The position numbers and the translations under genes are program-made. From an uncultured Rhabdochlamydiaceae bacterium (GTDB taxonomy: Bacteria > Chlamydiota > Chlamydiia > Chlamydiales > Rhabdochlamydiaceae): a stretch of DNA of 64,000 nt. The notes beneath the pieces are model-generated. The model was given only the letters and a program-made list of their open reading frames with translations, made no database searches and had not been told where the DNA came from. Positions 60,226 to 64,000 of this stretch are shown piece by piece. How positions within the stretch are numbered: the first letter of the stretch is position 1; each line of letters starts with the position of its first letter. The stretch lies in contig CAVQHD010000001.1 in the NCBI GenBank assembly GCA_963712275.1, positions 1,280,001 to 1,344,000 on the forward strand. The letters are read 5' to 3'.

Positions 60226-63200
60226 TTAAGATAAAGAACATGTGTCTTTTTTCTCTTGATTAGGCGCCTTAGGAATTTTTTCTTTGGTCTTTTCAGACAT
60301 GTTTTCTTCACACCCTTTAGGAAAGTGTATCTGCAGCCACTCTGCCACCTCTGCTTGATGATACCTTGTAGCTATCTTGAAGGGAGTTTCTCCATTCCAT
60401 CTTAGGAAAGGTTGCCGAGAATCTTGTAAGCAAAGCCACTGAACCATGGGCAGATGGCCTTCTTGTGCAGCAGCGTGAAGGGGAGTCCAGCCCTCCTGCG
60501 TAAACTTGCCGAGAAGAGAAGGGTCTTTTTCATGAAGCCACTGAGTCATGGGCAGATGGCCTCCTGCAGCAGCAGAATGAAGGGGAGTCCAGCCCTCCCG
60601 CGTAAATTTGTCGAGAAGAGAAGGGTCTTTTTCAAGAAGCCACTGAGTCATGGGCAGATGGCCTTCTTGTGCAGCAGCGTGAAGGGGAGTCCAGCCCTCC
60701 TGCGTAAACTTGCCGAGAAGAGAAGGGTCTTTTTCATGAAGCCACTGAGTCATGGGCAGATGGCCTTCTTGTGCAGCAGCGTGAAGGGGAGTCCAGCCCT
60801 CCTGCGTAAACTTGCCGAGAAGAGAAGGGTCTTTTTCATGAAGCCACTGAGCCATGGGCAGATGGCCTTTTGCAGCAGCAGCGTGAAGGGGAGTCCAGCC
60901 GTCCTGCGTAAACTTGCCGAGAAGAGAAAGATCTTTTTCATGAAGCCACTGAACCATGGGCAGATGACCTTCTTGTGCAGCAGCGTGAAGGGGAGTCCAG
61001 CCGTCCTGCGTAAACTTGCCGAGAAGAGAAAGATCTTTTTCATGAAGCCACTGAGCCATGGGCAGATGGCCTTCATAAGCAGCAGCGTGAAGGGGAATCC
61101 AGCCCTCCTGCGTAAACTTGCCGAGAAGAGAAGGGTCTTTTTCATGAAGCCACTGAGCCATGGGCAGATGGCCTTTTGCAGCAGCAGAGTGAAGGGGAGT
61201 CCAGCCATCCTGCGTAAATTTGCCGAGAAGAGAAGGATCTTTTTCAAGAAGCCACTGAGCTATGGGCAGATGGCCTTTTGCAGCAGCAATATGTAGGGGA
61301 GTCCAGCCATCCTGCGTAAATTTGCCGAGAAGAGAAGGATCTTTTTCAAGAAGCCACTGAGCCATGGGCAGATGGCCTTTTACAGCGGCAGAGTGAAGGG
61401 GAGTCCAGCCGTCCTGCGTAAATTTGCCAAGGAGTGAAGGATCTTTTTCATGAAGCCACTGAGCCATGGGTAGACGACCTTCTACAGCAGCAGCGTGAAG
61501 GGGAGTCCAGCCGTCCTGCGTAAATTTGCCAAGGAGTGAAGGATCTTTTTCATGAAGCCACTGAGCCATGGGTAGACGACCTTCTACAGCAGCAGCGTGA
61601 AGGGGAGTCCAGCCGTCCTGCGTAAATTTGCCAAGGAGTGAAGGATCTTTTTCATGAAGCCACTGAGCCATGGGTAGATGACCTTCTGCAGCAGCAGAGT
61701 GAAGGGGAGTCCAGCCATCCTGCGTAAATTTGCCGAGAAGAGAAGGATCTTTTTCAAGAAGCCACTGAGCTATGGGCAGATGGCCTTTTGCAGCAGCAGC
61801 GTAAAGGGGGGTTGCGCCCTCCTGCGTAAATTTGCCGATGAGCAAAGGGTCTTTTTCAAGAAGCCATATTGCTAATTCTAAGTTTCCTGCAACACATACC
61901 CCCAAAAAAGGAAGAATACCTTTTTTATCTGCCTGGGAAATGAGGCTTGAATGTTTGGTATAGAGGTACTTCAGTGTGTAGGTGTGTTTATAAAAATCGT
62001 TACTCTGAGCAACCTTTTCGAAGATAAGAATGTTTTGAGCTAAGTACTGATCAAAGGGCGGTAGTTCCTTAAAACCGCCTATGCATTCATTTAGGCACCC
62101 GAAACCGAGCTTGAGCATTTCTTCGGATGATTGATTAACAGGGTCACTGTAGAGCCACTCAAAAAACATCTTTAGAGTATCGAAGTTTTGATGAGTTTTT
62201 TCCCAAATAGAGCCAGCCAGCATACATATGACAAGATGAAAATGCGGCTTATACCGATAGGTCTGGACGAAAGCCCGTTGCTCCTCAGTTGGCAAGTTGC
62301 TGATCGATTCGGCGATAGTATATTCCTGATAGGTTAGATGAATAAAATACATCTCTCCATTTTCACCGCATCCTTTGATGAGCCCTGTGCCGATGAGATC
62401 TTTGCTACTAATGGTATCGAATTTCTTATCTTCCAAAGCAGCATCGATTAAAGTTTTTGGAAGGATGAGTTGTTTGTTGTCGAGTCCTTTTAAGGCAATC
62501 TTTCCAAGAGCTTGATAGAGAAGCTGCTTTTGGGAGCGGGGGAGCTCTTTACCTCCAGCCTGTTTACTTTGCTCCCAATCAAAGAGACGGCTGGTAATTT
62601 TTGAAAACATCAAAGTCAAAGTTTGCGGAAACTCTTTCTCTCCTTTTTGCCATAAAGCGCACAGAATTTGAAGCTGGATGGGGATATGAGCAATCGTAAA
62701 AAGATCGTTGTGCAAACGAAGGTTGCTCAGAAAAGTCTTTAATTCTGAACTTTTGGTATGGGTAAAGAATTTCTCTGTATAGACCTCGATTTGTTTGTCA
62801 GTAAAGCCCATATTTTCGACAATCAAATCGAAGTTACCGTGGATGCTCGCAGTGACTCCGGGTCTCGATGTGAGGAGATAGTGTTTGACTCTAGTTTTTA
62901 GAAAATATTGCTTAATAACTTCTATCACTGCTGGAGAAGCTTCATCCCAGCCATCGAAGATCACGAGGATTTTGTCTGGATGGTCTTGAAGTTCCTGAAA
63001 AATCTTTTTTTGATGTGTTCCTTGGTAGCAAAATTCGGAAATGGCATTACTCAGCCATTCGTCCGAATCTTGGAAGTTTTTAAAGTTATTTTCCTCTATC
63101 CAGACATTTAACACTCTGAGTTTAAGGTGATAGACCACCGCAAATTTCTCTTTAAAAAGGATTCCCAATGCCCAGTCGTAGGTAATTTTCTGACAAAGGG

Positions 63201-63993
63201 TGCTTTTGCCAATGCCGGCTTTCCCAAGGACTAAAACTTTTGTCACGGGTTTGTCATTGCGATTGTTAAAGAGGGCGTCGATTTCAAGAGATTCGTCTGG
63301 ATGATGAAGTCGTGCATAGATTTCGCGAAGGGAGTCTTTTTCAAGAAGGTGGAGATTTCGCGATCGAGCTTCTTCTTCTTTTTTTTCTTGGGAGGCACTA
63401 GAGACGATCGATAATTGTGTGAAAAAGCTTTCTATGGGAAATTCTGCGTTCGTCAAAATTAAGGGAAGAAAAGCAAGGTGGCGAAGGTAGCTCTCTTTGA
63501 GAAGGGTGTAGAGATTTTTTTGGGTAGCTTCATACCTTTCCTTGATTTGGTCTAGGCGTTTGATGTCTTGAAGGTGTTGATAGATCGCACTGATCCGAAC
63601 GGCTGTGTTGCATTCTTGGTGATACTCTAAAACTGGGTTGTCCTGTTGTTTTAAAAACTCAAGGGCCCATGCTTTGGGAGGGTTATGTTGAGTCTGAATC
63701 AGTTCGAACAAGGAGGCAGGCGATTTCATTTTGTTCTGATGATAGTATGTTCCCTTAAGCTCTCCTTTAGGGAAAATGTAGAGAAGGCAATCGTCGATGG
63801 TTGCGCATAGACCTTGAAATTGCCTCCCTACCCATTGAGAGTCTTTAAAGACGATTGTTCCTTGTGAAAACGCAGCTTTGGGAAATAGCTGTTTTAAAAA
63901 GGCTTTTAAAACATCTTCATTAAGAAGAGCTTGAAGGAGCTCTCTACAGGCGGCACGATGGAGTGCAATGAGATTGCCTTCGTCATCCATCAC
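60226..63993 (-). CDS. NACHT NTPase plus ankyrin-repeat (NLR-like) protein; may start beyond the window end
   Basis: GKAGIGKST Walker A, ILVIFDGWDE Walker B, LLTSRP, FIHLTYQEY; ankyrin array; frame open to position 64000. Confidence 0.9.
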   Translation of the reverse strand: MMDDEGNLIALHRAACRELLQALLNEDVLKAFLKQLFPKAAFSQGTIVFKDSQWVGRQFQGLCATIDDCLLYIFPKGELKGTYYHQNKMKSPASLFELIQTQHNPPKAWALEFLKQQDNPVLEYHQECNTAVRISAIYQHLQDIKRLDQIKERYEATQKNLYTLLKESYLRHLAFLPLILTNAEFPIESFFTQLSIVSSASQEKKEEEARSRNLHLLEKDSLREIYARLHHPDESLEIDALFNNRNDKPVTKVLVLGKAGIGKSTLCQKITYDWALGILFKEKFAVVYHLKLRVLNVWIEENNFKNFQDSDEWLSNAISEFCYQGTHQKKIFQELQDHPDKILVIFDGWDEASPAVIEVIKQYFLKTRVKHYLLTSRPGVTASIHGNFDLIVENMGFTDKQIEVYTEKFFTHTKSSELKTFLSNLRLHNDLFTIAHIPIQLQILCALWQKGEKEFPQTLTLMFSKITSRLFDWEQSKQAGGKELPRSQKQLLYQALGKIALKGLDNKQLILPKTLIDAALEDKKFDTISSKDLIGTGLIKGCGENGEMYFIHLTYQEYTIAESISNLPTEEQRAFVQTYRYKPHFHLVICMLAGSIWEKTHQNFDTLKMFFEWLYSDPVNQSSEEMLKLGFGCLNECIGGFKELPPFDQYLAQNILIFEKVAQSNDFYKHTYTLKYLYTKHSSLISQADKKGILPFLGVCVAGNLELAIWLLEKDPLLIGKFTQEGATPLYAAAAKGHLPIAQWLLEKDPSLLGKFTQDGWTPLHSAAAEGHLPMAQWLHEKDPSLLGKFTQDGWTPLHAAAVEGRLPMAQWLHEKDPSLLGKFTQDGWTPLHAAAVEGRLPMAQWLHEKDPSLLGKFTQDGWTPLHSAAVKGHLPMAQWLLEKDPSLLGKFTQDGWTPLHIAAAKGHLPIAQWLLEKDPSLLGKFTQDGWTPLHSAAAKGHLPMAQWLHEKDPSLLGKFTQEGWIPLHAAAYEGHLPMAQWLHEKDLSLLGKFTQDGWTPLHAAAQEGHLPMVQWLHEKDLSLLGKFTQDGWTPLHAAAAKGHLPMAQWLHEKDPSLLGKFTQEGWTPLHAAAQEGHLPMTQWLHEKDPSLLGKFTQEGWTPLHAAAQEGHLPMTQWLLEKDPSLLDKFTREGWTPLHSAAAGGHLPMTQWLHEKDPSLLGKFTQEGWTPLHAAAQEGHLPMVQWLCLQDSRQPFLRWNGETPFKIATRYHQAEVAEWLQIHFPKGCEENMSEKTKEKIPKAPNQEKKDTCSLS
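60433..61866 (-). repeat. Tandem array of about 14 near-identical 102-bp (34-aa) ankyrin repeats
   Basis: Unit TPLHxAAxxGHLPMxQWLxEKDPSLLGKFTQ(D/E)GW. Confidence 0.95.
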
Positions 63994-64000
63994 AGGAGCT

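Noticed and set aside
60454..61296. 280-aa plus-strand and 165-aa alternative-frame ORFs
   Set aside because: Shadow ORFs of the ankyrin repeat array
60433..61866. Possible CRISPR array
   Set aside because: Units are 102 bp, in frame, encode ankyrin repeats and have no unique spacers; no cas genes in the window

Overview
64 kb of an environmental Chlamydiae chromosome (inferred from the dacA-ybbR-lpxL, nusB-murB, DciA-gyrB-gyrA-tmk-holB and nadK-xseBA/tpiA-secG-def blocks, and from many Inc-like and eukaryote-like effector genes). Housekeeping blocks and two tRNAs (Val-GAC, Ser-TGA) alternate with accessory segments. These carry F-box proteins, an OTU deubiquitinase, kinase-like proteins, Inc-like membrane proteins, a NACHT-ankyrin NLR-like protein with 14 near-identical 102-bp repeats, three complete IS elements (IS66, ISAs1, IS1634) and two families of 170-180 bp palindromic elements. 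Main highlights: (1) a 559-aa RelA/SpoT synthetase-domain gene, reconstructable in frame after removing two independent IS insertions (76-bp and 10-bp target duplications), followed by a small possible partner ORF; (2) a degenerate ThrRS paralog at the ancestral thrS position before infC; (3) a palindromic element inserted at codon 2-3 of a methyltransferase, supplying a new start; (4) an islet bounded by a 107-bp duplication of the OTU gene 3' end. All functional calls come from motif recognition by eye; no database searches were run.
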